A stretch of DNA of 61,814 nt, the filler included, from Sphacelaria rigidula (lineage: Eukaryota): assembly GCA_964200075.2 (NCBI GenBank). It is 7 parts of 7 records of this genome, joined end to end, with 100 filler letters (N's around TTAATTAATTAA, not from the genome) between each part and the next. Parts side by side here need not be neighbours in the genome. Positions count along the whole stretch, not along the records: positions 8,847 to 17,591 come from CAXNAA020010211.1; positions 17,692 to 26,436 come from CAXNAA020010212.1; 5 more parts are not named here. One strand, written 5' to 3'. This document shows, in pieces, positions 12,882 to 25,184 of the stretch. The number at the start of each line of letters is the position of its first letter. Within the stretch, counting starts at the first letter, position 1. The notes beneath the pieces are model-generated. The model was not told the DNA's origin and made no database searches. It saw only the letters and a list, made by a program, of their open reading frames with translations. The translations under genes were made by a program, and so were the position numbers.

Positions 12882-13959
12882 GTATGTGTGTGTGTTATGT
12901 TGTCGTCGTCAGGAAAAACCGTTCCGATATCTGTGCAGTACTCTGTATTGGGCATCTGATGCGCACGCCTTCCGTAGTGACAGGCTAACTACCTCAAAAT
13001 ACGGTAAAGAAGAAAGTAAAAAAATCGGACCCAGAAAAATTTACATGGACGTGGTGCAAAATTATGTTTGTGTATGTATGTTCCCCATATCCTGGACAAT
13101 GGACTACGTTCTCCATGAAGTGTACTGCGTACAGTGTGAAAGTCATTGTTCATTGCATTAGATGCAGTATTTGACAACACTGTACTGTATGTGTGGTGTC
13201 TTCTCTCGACGATTATTTCAAGGTTGCGTTCCGTAGGGGGTTCACAGCACAGGGTTGAGTGCGGGTAATCTGCACAAGTACATGAAGAGACATTGTGTAG
13301 GTAAATGAATATCCTTCTGTACCATATACTGGATTGTCTGGAACAGGACTCAATACCCTGCTGGACCATGAACCGGGATGTTTGGTACACGTCCCGGTAT
13401 GGTTTCTGTATGTCAACCAAAAATTCCTCTCTTTCGGGTATAAACTGAAAAACACAGGCAAGAATATATCTTTTGCTCAGACCAACGGTCGGAGACGTTG
13501 AACCCCTGAGGGGTGAGGAGAGCACTGCCCTCTTTCAGCGGGAAACGTGCCTATTCAGCTATATGAGATAACACATCCTGAACAATGGATGATATTGTCA
13601 GAAATTGTACCGCTTACGGTATAGAATCTATTCTCCACTGCCATGGACGCAAGAGTCAATACTGTACGCAGTACACCTGCTGATGTTGTAGGGTATTGTC
13701 CTGATACACAATGCACGCGCCCCGCCGCAGTTCGGCGGTAACACAAACGATATCTCCATCCCATGATCATTCCTTTTTGACCCTTTGATCTGCGAGGAGG
13801 CGTGTTCATCTGTTGAATCGGCACTGTCTTTTCACGTGGAAAGTAACTGATGGACGTTCAGGTGTCTAGGGCCAACCCTTGAGCACCCGCGGTTAGACAC
13901 GTGATTCCCGACGATCGTTACGATCATTTTTTCCATCAATCCACACCAGATATATACTT

Positions 13960-14300
13960 ATGGGAGGAACACGTATGATCTTGCATGTCGTAGTCATGAG
14001 ACCGTTGACCTAGCATCCCTACAAAGCCGGGATAGACCACCCCGGGTTTTCGCCGGACCAGACTCGCAATCACCAAGCGCGCGAAGCGCAGTGATGTGTT
14101 CGGCGAGCCGGATGAGGGGTGAGCTGTATCCTGCCAAGATTGTTCGGCCCGAAGCGTTCTCATTACCTTGCATGCGGGTAACAGCCTCGAAGGAATTACT
14201 TCATTTTCCGGCATCGCCACTCCAAGAGACACCCATGGGTCACGCTGCCACCATTTAGACACTACGTCGTACGATCATCCTCTTCGCGCGCGGAGTTGAG
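13960..14300. repeat. Dispersed degenerate repeat family
   Basis: Shared blocks such as gcatccctacaaagc, ggcccgaagc and gacagcc...agagacac...catggg recur at 1-90, 53071-53195 and 58320-58660. Partial copies lie near 57950-58000 and 59630-59700 (opposite strand). Confidence 0.75.
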
Positions 14301-15607
14301 GTTCTCCACGTGGTGTGCTGTAGTGATGAAGCGTCACTGCCTCGCAGAGGTCATCACCACCCCACGAAAACCAGTACCGCTTCGTTGGAGCACATCAGTA
14401 AGCGATCATACCCCCCTCGTTGCTGCTGAAGTTGATTCCTTCATCGAAGGATCGCAGAACCACCCATCAGACAGCGACACTGCGCATCACATGTCTCCTC
14501 TCTCGACGTCTCTGCTATGCTTTTGTGAGGAAACCGACGAGCAAGGCGTGTCGGTTATTTCTCGTACGCGCGAAGCGGGCTCCATCGCGCGCCGGGTGTG
14601 GCGTGTGGCTGCTTCGTGTCTTGTTGGTTGTGGTCGGCAGAATCACTCACGAAGGCGTAGCCAGCATGCTCGCACATGAAAGAAAAACGCGGCGTGAACC
14701 CATTATGACGGTCTGCCGGCTAAAACGCAAAATTCTGTGTGCAAAAAACTGTGCTTGCCGACCCCCGCCAGTTTGCCCAAAAATCTGTGAGACTCGGCCC
14801 CCGAATCTTGACCGCGGATTATTTCACCCAAAAATTGAATAATCTGTACCCATAAGATGGGTGTAACACGCATTATTTCAAAATCTGGAGATTCGCGGCC
14901 AAAAATCTGTTGCCATAACATCCGGCCTTAGGTCGTATATCTATGGTTGATTTTTTTCGAAGAAAATAACAACGCCAACTTGAAAACCCTAACCCCGACC
15001 CAAGACGTGGGAGAACCTCGGGCAAGAGGGGTGCATAGGTTCCCCTAGGCGAAGCGTGCGTTGACCGAGACCTTACGTGGATGCCACAAGCGCCGAATTC
15101 GACACAAACACGTTTTGAACGAGCTGGGTCCACTGCTAGCGTGCCCCGAACCATGAATTTTCTCAGAACTTTCTCAAGTCCAAAGTCAAGAAGTCATGTT
15201 GTCGACCACAGCTATACGACCGAAGCTTTAGATTTACTGCATGACCTAGCATACTGTTCGGTGCATCTGGTGTGCTTCCTGAAATTTCGATGTTTTTTCC
15301 GACGGGAGCATCTGTGGATGTTCTTGGACTGTCGCATAGTATCCACGTGATTCCGTTACAGTATTGATGGATCTGATACGTTTGTTTTTTCAGACCCCGA
15401 TCATCTCGGGGGTAGTCCGGTTTCTTGGCCTTTTTTGTTCTAGTTTTTTCTTCCAGATTTTTTTGCTTTTTCGGAGGCTCAGAATAAGTCACCCGATATG
15501 TGTTGTGCGTTGTCGTTCCATCTATTCTGGACGCCGGTCTACACCTTTTAGTACATCTGGGCGCACCAGCCGGGGTCACACACACGCGATGAACGCTTGT
15601 ATTTGAT

Positions 15608-17050
15608 TTTACCCTTAGACCGTAATGCGGGTAGTCCATCTGGATTACACGTAGTTTTTTCGAGTGAAATTGATGCCGATTTAGCAGGTGACCTATACCC
15701 TCGCGGTCAAGGGTTAATCCTTATACTGCGAAAGTAGGCCATCTGTTCAATCGGCATCAATTTCACATGAAAAAAGTATGCATTATCCACATGAACTACC
15801 CCCCTCGGGGTGTCAGTGTTGAGGAATTATGGTGACGGTCTGGATACACGAGCATACATCTGTGACGACGGGTCCGAGATATCGGGCTAATGTGGGGAAG
15901 TACTACTATTGCTGCTACTACTGCTGTTGCCACTAGTAATCCTTTGACCGCCGGAGGTGGTCCATTTGTGGATCGGCATCATTTTCAGTCCCTTTTCAAC
16001 TGAAATCGATGCCGTACCATCAGATGACCTATTCTCGCTGTCCTAGGGTTGATGCTAGCATCTTACTGGATGTCATCATGGTATCTCATTTATTGTATTG
16101 GCATCGTTTTTACTCGAAGATTGACCGTAGTACTCGGATCTCATCATCTGGGGACGGTGAACGGTCCATGATAAAAAAACATGATAATGATAACCCCGTC
16201 GGCACCAGACTCCGTCAGATGGGCCCTGAGTGAATCTACAGCTGTACGCAGAGTATCGGAACAGTTTCTGTTACAACGGTTACCGCGAAGCATATGGAGA
16301 ACTTGCACCTTGACCTTGCCTTGACCTTGCCTCGACCCTTAACCCTTAGACGGCGAGGAGGGTAGTCCATCTGGATCATGCATGTTATTTTTCAAGTGAA
16401 ATTGACGCCGATTCAACAGATGACCTCCTCTCGCCATGTAAGGCTTAACCCTTTGACCGCGATGGTAGGTCATGTGCTAAATCGGCATCAATATTCACTT
16501 GAAGAGAGTATGCATGATCCAGATGGACCACCACACCGCGATCTAAGCCTCAAACCGCGGTGCGGGTAGTCCATCTGGGTCACTCATTATTTTTTCAAGT
16601 GAAAATTGATGCCGATTCACAGGTGACCTACCCTCGCGGTGCAAGGGTCAAACCGGGAGGGTAGCCCATCTGGATCATGGATACCTTTTTCATACGAAAT
16701 TCATGCCGATGTAAAAAATGATCCTCTCTCGCGGTCTTACCAAAACCTCGGACGGCGAGATTAGTGGCCAACGGTTGAATCGGGATAAATTTATATGTGA
16801 ATGAGTATGCATGATCCAGAGGAACTGTTCTCGCGGTGTAAGGATCAATTTTACAACAGAGTAAAGGAGCGTACGACTATTCCCCGTGTTGTCGGACGTG
16901 ACCAGTTCTTTGTTTGGTGCTCCAAGCCGTTGGCCGCTGGGGTAGGCGATCTTTTGAATCGGCATCAGTTGCAGTTGCAAAATATGAGGTAAATCATGAC
17001 AATTCAACACATCGTAGATCGCCCCATCCTGGCGAGGGGACCTGAAGAAA
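15608..17050. mobile_element. Cluster of about 8 piggyBac-type ~100-bp MITEs in both orientations
   Basis: Units such as CCCTTAGACCG...CGGTCAAGGG-TTAA (15612-15717) and TTAA-CCCTTAGACGG...AAGGC-TTAA-CCCTTTGACCGCG (16339-16460), all with the core gtgaaattgatgccgatt or its reverse complement. Confidence 0.75.
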
Positions 17051-17089
17051 TAATCCACACGTCGGACAAGCACGAGTATGACTCGTGGT

Positions 17090-17370
17090 ACTCGCACTCT
17101 TTGAGCTGCTCGTTGGCCATAAAAAATAATAGGGCGAGTACTCGAGTCATTGCTCGTCGTGGAAGAAATTGATAAGCCGAGCACTCGAGCCATTGCTCGT
17201 TGTCGAAAAAAATAGTGGAGCAATCGCTCGAGTCATCTGCTCGTTGTGGAAGAAATTTGTAGGGCGAGCACTCGAGTTATTGCTCCCTGTGGAAAAAGCT
17301 ATTGGGACGAGCACTCGAGTCATTGCTCGTGAAGTAAATAACTCAACCACACGCGTCACTGCTCGGGATG
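17090..17370. repeat. ~43-bp minisatellite (gcgagcactcgagtcattgctcgttgtggaagaaat...), 5-6 copies
   Basis: Tandem degenerate units, each with a cgagca...tgctcg stem around CTCGAG. Confidence 0.8.
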
Positions 17371-17518
17371 AAGGACCTAGGTGAAGGAGTCGACAATCCG
17401 ACGAGCAAATAATTATTAAAGCTCTTGAACGATCTTGAACCTAGAATCTTCGAGTTCATGTGCATATCTGCACATGTACAAGCGTCAAGTTCCAAAGCTC
17501 GTTTTCATTTTATCCAAG

Positions 17519-17554
<36 letters not shown>

Positions 17555-17591
17555 ACACCACCCCCCCCCCCCCCCCCGCACCCCGCAGCGC

Positions 17592-17691
17592 NNNNNNNNN
17601 NNNNNNNNNNNNNNNNNNNNNNNNNNNNNNNNNNNTTAATTAATTAANNNNNNNNNNNNNNNNNNNNNNNNNNNNNNNNNNNNNNNNNNNN
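17592..17691. other. Artificial contig linker
   Basis: N44-TTAATTAATTAA-N44. Confidence 0.98.
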
Positions 17692-17769
17692 GCGCAACGT
17701 GTGAGCGAAGGGAGGCAGGGGCCCAGCCAAGGCTGAGCGAGGGGGTGGCGCCGCGGGCGCCAGTTCCGG

Positions 17770-18100
17770 TACTCATTTAATGCTTGCCTCATTCATTCGA
17801 CCATAGACCACACATCCCTTTCGAGACGGAGCATTGTTGCTACTCCTAATAGGGACAACTCAAACATTTGGGCGCTCCTCACGTTTCGTCCATGCAGGAC
17901 ACAAACACTTTTGGCATACCTTACCCCCTTCCTGTTTCGTCGTCCGTGGCCACCATCTATCTCCCGGTATAGCAATCGTTTTTTTCCCTACTGTCAAATG
18001 TACCAAACGATTCCATGCCACCTTGGTTTACGTCCCACCTTTCCCCCTGTAACACGTCCCGTTACTCCTTGTATGGTTCACGTTCTGCCACTGTATGCAG
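17770..18100 (-). mobile_element. LINE 3'-end fragment, same family as 7773-8707
   Basis: Aligns with about 7773-8095 (catccctttcgagacg, ctactcctaatag, gtggcca-ccatctat, ctccttgtat). The translation shares LLGV..LRLERD.W. Confidence 0.75.
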
Positions 18101-18605
18101 TGTTTGATGGAACAAACAGGAGCACATCGGTGTGTCAGACGACCCAACACGCTAGCGGTGCGCTTGCAATTGGGTGAAAACGGTGCCAAGCAATGTGAAT
18201 CAACACGTCTTACTGGTACCAAGCGCGTTCGAGCAAGATTGCTGCATTCAACGACTAATGCCGAGATAGTCCCCCTGCAAGAAGCGCAACGGAGACCGTC
18301 CGACAAACCGGCTGCGATCCCACTATTGGGCTCGTTTGCAGCGATTTCGCCCACGTGAGAGGCGTGTAGCATTCTGAAATCAGCTATAACGCCCAGATGA
18401 GTCGCGTCGTGCAGCACGAAACCAGCTCTAACGGCGTTTATGATCATCGCTTCCGTCCACTTTTTTGGCCGGTTCGGGGGGGGCTATCTCGGCAACACTC
18501 CGACGACGATCTGAAGTGGCATTTTCTTGCAAGAAATGGCCTAACCCCCTCCCGCCTCTATCGCAGGATGACCCCAATGCAACCGGAAAATCCAAGAGCC
18601 AGCTG

Positions 18606-18710
18606 CCGGCCACCCCGGTGGTTCAGTTGGTAACGTCGAAACCTTCTCAAAGGTGAGATGTGGGTTCGAATCTCGGTGAAGTCGCACAATCTGGGATTCT
18701 TTCGCACGTC
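18606..18710 (+). mobile_element. tRNA-derived SINE-like head / pseudo-tRNA
   Basis: A-box-like tggttcagttggtaacg and B-box-like ggttcgaatc at tRNA spacing, but no clean acceptor stem. A similar 5' head (cccggtggctcagttggcaac) occurs near 52107. Confidence 0.5.
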
Positions 18711-19439
18711 ATGCCCAACAATGGAGAGCGACTATGTCGTGGGTACAAGACATTCGACTTCACGGACACGAGAAAGAAGGACGTCTGAATCCTTCTCCTG
18801 ACAAAAAGCAACGCAAGTACCGCAGAACGAAGGTCGAGTACTAGAACGAAATATACATATATACATTAAGTTCCTATGTTGACCGTCCTCCTGTGTGAAC
18901 TCGGCTGATGCGCCCATACACTATTTACCTAAAGGTGTAGACTGGCGTCCACAATAGACGGGGTGACATGCACAACAAAAACATCATCAACAACAACAAC
19001 AACAACAAAGCAAAACATGTATTTAAAAGATCGAAAAGTGAGGCATTTTTACAGCTAAAGGCGTGTAGGTACCGACTGATACACCAACGACTCGACACCA
19101 CACTATCGCTGTGTTCGGTATCAAAACATGAGCAAATGAGGAACAGTCGCACACGGGGTGTACGCTCGGCAATAGATACCTTGTTTAAATTTTCGCGATA
19201 TCTACTCCGAAATTCCCTTCCTCGCTCGTGTCGGAAATATCTTCGATTGATTTGATTGATCGATTGATACGGGTTGACTCCTCATGAATGCTGAATGCGA
19301 ATCATATACCAAAGAGGCATCCGGTTCGACTCACGGATGACAAAGTTGTACTTTCAAGGTTGTACCGCACGAACCAAGAACCAAGAATGTGCACAAGCTA
19401 AGCAGTGTCACACGCATCAAGAGTGCAAAATATGTACAA

Positions 19440-19850
19440 ATCACGATTCCCGTGTGAATCGTTGGTGGGACCATGTACATTTAATTCATCTCGCATGAAT
19501 CGAAGGTGAGGAACATATAAGTATGATCCATGTTGCATGAACGGAAATTGGGAAATATGTACGTATGGTTCATGCTGCATGAATGGAAATTGGGAGACGT
19601 ATACGCTTGTTTCACCTCGTATGAATGGAAGGTGAGGAACATGTACCTATGATTCATGCTGCATAAATGGAAGGTGATATATGTACGCTTGATTCACCTC
19701 GTGTGAACGGCAGGTAGAGAACATGTACCTATGATTCATGCTGCACGAATGCAAGGTGGAAAATATGTATATATGATGCATCCTACATGAATCAATGGGA
19801 CGAACTACAGTATGTACCTATGATTCACACGCCAGATGAATGGAAGGTTT
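19440..19850. repeat. ~38-bp minisatellite (catgtacctatgattcatgctgcatgaatggaaggtgggaa)
   Basis: About 10 degenerate tandem units. Confidence 0.85.
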
Positions 19851-20517
19851 TGCACTACTGTTGCATGTTGTCCGCTGTCCAGATTGTACAGAACGTTTGA
19901 CTATATACCGTGCTGTACTGTACTGTCCGCTGACCGCAGTAGGCGCTGCCGCAGTGCTTCCGAAAGCTGACTCGAACATGCGGGGACGACAGTTGCAGTA
20001 CTGGTGCTGTCTGAAGCTGTCTTCGCACTGTTTCAAATGTTCAGGCCAACTGTACAGCAGAACAAAACATGAAAGCGCATGAAGGCCGTCAACAGCTTAG
20101 CTCGGGAAAATAAACAGCTAGAGGAATCTCTCCAAGTACGCAGATGCGTGCTGTGCTATGCTGTACCGTACTGTCTGCGGGCTGCAGTGTACGCTGCCCT
20201 AGTGTCTTCGCAAGAGCTCGTGGTTTGTATACAGTATATTCAGGATAACTGTACCACCGAGAAGAACATAAAACCGCAAACGCTGTCAATAGCGTAGCTC
20301 GGGAAATGAATGATTACAAGAACCGCTCTGGGCAGTAAGACGCGTGTGTTGTACCGTATGTTGAGGTGATGTGTCACGTGTGAGTACAGTGTTTGAAATT
20401 GGATTTATTGCGAATGTGGCTCTGAAGGGGTCCGTGACCTGCAAACTCTTCTTTGCTTACCCCACCTTCGCAAAGACCGCGCCACCGAAGAGTAGCGCCC
20501 CATTAAATGACTCATTA

Positions 20518-21060
20518 CTCATGTCATATGAACAGAAGGTGGGAAACATGTACGTATGATCATAGTGCATAGATGAAAAGTGAGAAACATGTGCACTTGA
20601 TCCATCTCATATGGGTGGAAGGGGGAGAACATGTACGTATTATTCATACTACATGAATGGAAACTAGGAAACATGTACGCTTGATTCACCTCGTATGGAT
20701 GAAAGGTGGGGAACATGTACCTATGGTTCATGCGGCATGGGTGGGATGTGAGAAACATGGACCTGTGATCCATGGCATATGAGCGGAAGGTGGGGAACAT
20801 GTGCCTATGATTCATGTGTGTTAAAAGATATTGGGGAATATGTACCTATGATTCATGTGTGTTAAAAGATATTGGGGAATATGTACCTATGATTCATATC
20901 CTACGAATGGAGGCGGGAAACGTGTACCTAGAATTCATACCATACAAATGGAAAATAGAAAACGTGAATCTTCGAAGGTGTACCGCATGAATCGCGAACT
21001 GTGAACGTGTACACTCCACGTAGTGTCGCACGAAGCACGAACCCGAAACATGTACAAACC
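20518..21060. repeat. ~38-bp minisatellite, same family and orientation as 19440-19850
   Basis: About 13 degenerate units, including an exact recent unit duplication (cctatgattcatgtgtgttaaaagatattggggaatatgta twice). Confidence 0.85.
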
Positions 21061-23044
21061 ACAACTTGTGTACGAATAATAAGACTGATTCGTACAGATA
21101 TTGATTAATATATCAGTCGCATCACGAATGTATTTGTCCGAATCGTGGAATATTTGTATGTTCTACTCCCCCGTAAATGGTATCCCAGGTGTTCGTAGCA
21201 CACCCCCTGACACCGTTGAACAGCAATAGAGGCAACGGGAGGGGGGTAATGTACTTGTACAATCCAAACTTCAAAACACTTGCACGTTCTACCCCTCCAT
21301 GAACACACAATCGCTCTCACCCCCCCGCCCACGCCACCTGCATTTGAATCTGAGAAAATGATGACGATAGAAACATTCGTTGTACTGTGGAACAGTCGAA
21401 CATCTCAGGCATTTTTCCTCTCGGGGCCACTTTGGGGAGCTGGAAAATGGCGCACATATATCCACAGCACACCTCCACACTTTATGGTGCAGCCTCGATT
21501 GCGGTACTCTGATATCCACAACCAGGGCACTTATGGGAAGTTGACATCATCATGGGTGTAGCGGTCGATGTTACGAAGTTTCCGCAGGGCCAACGAGATT
21601 GAGAAATTACTATTCGAGCGACAATTTGGATGACCATCATGACTCTGTGTGCTTGAGCTTCACCGATGCCCAATGCAAAAATGAACTCCTTTCTGCTTCT
21701 CTTTTGGACAGAACATGCTTTTATGTGCTAGAGAACACCTTGAGTTCAAGGCGACTTTGTTTTCACTTTCGCTCAAATACGCACGCAATTAGGAATGTGT
21801 AAGGCATCCTACATGGAATTTATCCCCGGGGTATTATCTTGCGTTTATGATCTATTCTCTTGTATAACCTTGAGATAATCTTCGTTGCCGAACCACATCG
21901 GACATACAGAGCACCGGAACCACCAGAAGCGATACGTGCCCCGAGACGACTTCACTGGACACAAAAAAACAGGCCCGAACGAATAAAATCGCATGTGTGA
22001 TGCCTAGATGCCTATGGCCATGTCGTGAGAGATCCGCTGATGGTTCGGCCGTGCAGTTCCAGGTGACAGTCATGAAAGCAGCAACGCAGTTAGTTCTGCA
22101 TGCAGAGCGGACCGTTTGTGATCATCTTCTCAAAGCCATACACTGCATTACTGACTGTACAGTTTGCTGCGTGGGAGGGGTTGTTCACCCATCTGTCTAA
22201 AATTCAGATAATAACACTACCTGTACCTACTGTACGGTGGGCTCCGCAAAAAATATATACAGGTAGTCAACACAAGAAATTTATTGCCGCCAGCTGCCAC
22301 TTTTCCAATACAGTACAGCAGATCAACAAACCAATGCAATCGAGTAAAGACTATGCTATGTTCTTGATGAACTGCTGCCCCGACGGAGGCCCTGTAGACA
22401 ATGTTTTCGTGAGATTGAGAGTAGAGGATACGATTCAGCGCTCTGTGTCTCGTGTTGAGGCTGGCACTCCTACGAGAGTCCCGCGTCAACTATGAAGTGT
22501 ATGCTTATTCGTGTCTTGATCCAACGCACACCGCCGAAACGACACACACGGCGTAGGTGTCACACATAACAAGCCTGGATAATGACTTTCACCGAGTTTC
22601 GTGAAGTTGCATGTTCTTTCATAATCCTAACGAACTTTCAACGCACATGCCCAATGGCAAGCCTCTCATCAATCACGCCCATTCTTCGGACGGGTGGGGT
22701 CCACAGGTATAGAGAGCACCGTACACCCGGGGCGATCTTTTATCTTCACGACAGCGCGTGAACGCAGTAAACAGTATTTTTCGTATGGGAGAACGGGACA
22801 TCCAGACGTGCTTCCAGACTCTGTGCCTGTAGGAAAAACAAGTTTTGTTTTGCTTTTGTCCTTCCAGATTCCGACACAGGTGGCACCAGTTTCGTATCAC
22901 CTTGTAGCACCACATTGGTCTCCACTTCGGGATTCTACAGTCGACCATCATCCTCGAGTTCCTCGAAAATCCCAACGCTCGAAAATCCCAACTGGATGAA
23001 CGAACAACGAAAAACAAAGTGATTGTTGGGCGAATCTCTGTTAC

Positions 23045-23251
23045 CTCTTGGTACGCCATGCTCACGCTTGTTTGCGCCAGAGAACCTGGCCCAAAGATCT
23101 GCAGACACTCCAAAAGAGTTGTGAGGTTGATGCCGAACTTTGCCCCTTCCTCGCAGTCGTAAGCTTGGAACAGGCTTCGACCTAGACTACCCTGCGCCTG
23201 GGTAAATTTCGCTCGTCCCGACACCACGAGAGTCATCGACTCCGAGTTCAC
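23045..23251 (-). CDS. RAD1: Checkpoint clamp subunit Rad1 (9-1-1 complex), exon VNSESMTLVVSGRAKFTQAQ...FGINLTTLLECLQIFG...SMAYQE
   Basis: 207 nt, phase 0-0, ccag and gtaaca boundaries. Matches the Rad1/Rec1/Rad17 family pattern Q-A-x...F-Q-x-Y...F-x-I-N-L-T-x-L-L-x-C-L-x-I-F-G...M-x-Y. Confidence 0.88.
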
Positions 23252-23636
23252 CTGGAGTGATGGAGGGAAGCGCGTATTTTCTCAAGCAGGGGCAAGTGGA
23301 GGAGGGGGAGATATGTTTACTCTGAACGCTCACCAAATTCCACGGTTGACAAATAATTGTGTGCGTCAACAAACCATAACCCTAACCCTAGTTCAAGGCG
23401 TACCGGGAAAGTTTTGGCGAAGGAGGTGCACACGGTGCTCTAGGCAAAAGCAGCGAATGGCAGAGCTCCAACAGGCGAATGAAGGCACGCTTGAGGGGGG
23501 AAACGTGCGTGCTGCGCAGGCTGGCGGGAACCTGGGACTGAGGGCCCCCTCAAAATCCGAATGTGATGCCAGTGTATTTTAATTTCAAGGTGACTACATG
23601 TCATGCGACGACAAAATGCGGATCATAGTGCATCAC

Positions 23637-23747
23637 CTCGCATTGCGCGTGCTGGTCCTTGCGCGTGCCATGGCTGAGGCAGGAAAGTATCGTAGTGATG
23701 GCCTTTGCGTTGTCCAGTCTACACGAAAACATCACGTCATCCTCGTC
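23637..23747 (-). CDS. RAD1: Rad1 N-terminal exon (DEDDVMFSCRLDNAKAITTILSCLSHGTRKDQHAQCE)
   Basis: 111 nt, phase 0-0, tgcag and gtgatg boundaries. LDNxxxxxTIL matches the Rad1 N-terminus and splices in frame to 23251. Not in the ORF track. Confidence 0.85.
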
Positions 23748-25034
23748 CTGCACCCGTGATTATTCGCGCGAGGCATAACGTCAACAACACATGAGTAGTA
23801 ACAGGAACAAGACGGATCGCGCCGATACGGGAGAAGGGAAACACGTTTTGTTGTACCACCCGTGGCCGCCCAGAGTTGGCTCAAGCTTGAGAGACCAAAA
23901 ACGGTTTCTCCGGGGAATGTTTTGCTCGAGGCTTTGAAGTCAGAGGATGAAGCTTTGAGGAGAGGTACTGTATCTATGCATCGACCATTCGAAGGCCCCA
24001 ACTACATGCCTTTTTTCAAGGTGAACAGATTCCTTCGATTAAAACTCGGAAAAAAAAATAACTACCTTCATCTCCCGTCTCTTTTTTTCGCGCGCCGTAC
24101 TGAAGGCCTTTCGATGGGGCATGAACTCCTCTTCTCATAACTTATGTCCTAACTAAGAAAACTCGAGCTCTTTAATCCTAAGTGTCCGTTCCGAGAGGGC
24201 TCCGAAATCGCATGCTACTATTACACAGTGCTTTTCCGGAAAGGTGTTTCGGCCAACACTTTTCAACGGCGACGAGATGGGAGTCAGAACAGGTATAGTT
24301 GAACTCGCCTTAGTGTCAGCAACAGGCGAACCTGTTCTCAGGAAAGTCCAGCAACAACTCACATATCTTGTTTCGCGTACCCCACCGTCCCTTTACTGCC
24401 GGCAGCGGGTCGTACCTGGTGCTAGGGCAGTGTGAAATGATGAAAAGTGCCATCGACTGCCCCATGAGACCGCGCTGTGCACTGTGGATTGGCTGCACGG
24501 TTGGAGGGGCCTACTCATGTCGGTTGTCGCTACTGTTCATCGTATCTACTATCTACCCTGGCGACACTTCGTTGTCACTTCCGCTGTGCTTGCATAACAG
24601 AGTCCACCGCTCTTGAAGCGCACATTCGATACACATATTCGGGACGCTGCATCAAACCATATACACCGCGTGGCAAAGCCGAGACTGCTCGCACATCGTA
24701 CAACAAAACAGCGGTATCGCACACCACTTACCTGTGTTGCGTCATTTTCTCCTCCACGCCCTGGACTTCGGTCTTGCGTCGGACTCAGCGACATGCCGCG
24801 GTGTGTTGGTGAAATCGAGAGATCTGACCAGTCAAACGCGCATGCGTCCAGTATTTGCGGGATGTTGAAAGAAGAGAGGAGCTAGTCCCTACCTGCGAAC
24901 AATGAAATGTATACGAAATGCCTCCTGGTCCGCAGTTTTTCCGTCCTCTCGATATGACGCCAAGTCAATAATATTTTCGTGTCTGGACTTGTAGACACAA
25001 ATCAGTCGATGGGGTCTTAAAAGCAGCAACTTCA

Positions 25035-25184
25035 CAAATTTGCACAGCCTGGACCACATGTTGCGTTGTCAAAAGGTGTACTGAGTACAGTGTGTATCAT
25101 TGCGCCTCTTGACACCATAGATTCTATTCAGTACGCGGTACATTTTCTGACAACGTAATCTGTTGTCCAGGGTGTGCAAATTTG
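25035..25184. mobile_element. ~150-bp hairpin MITE (family with CCTGGAC...GTCCAGG arms)
   Basis: Arms caaatttgcacagcctggac and gtccagggtgtgcaaatttg. Related copies lie near 13090-13190, 13570-13710, 54225-54362, 54945-55082 and 55190-55460. Confidence 0.7.

Noticed and set aside
17090..17370. CRISPR-like array
   Set aside because: The apparent spacers are similar to one another (tgtggaagaaat-like), the repeats are degenerate, no cas genes are seen and the context is eukaryotic.
18606..18690. Functional tRNA gene
   Set aside because: A and B boxes are present, but I could not fold a convincing acceptor stem or cloverleaf. A SINE head or pseudo-tRNA fits better.
19440..21060. CRISPR-like 38-bp repeats, and the repetitive ORF 20519-20815
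   Set aside because: These are contiguous tandem units without unique spacers. The ORF is a by-product of the minisatellite.
23862..24435. Plus-strand two-exon gene divergent from RAD1 (…PNYMPFFK | VFRPTLFNG…)
   Set aside because: The splice phases are compatible, but there is no clear start or recognisable domain, so support is insufficient.
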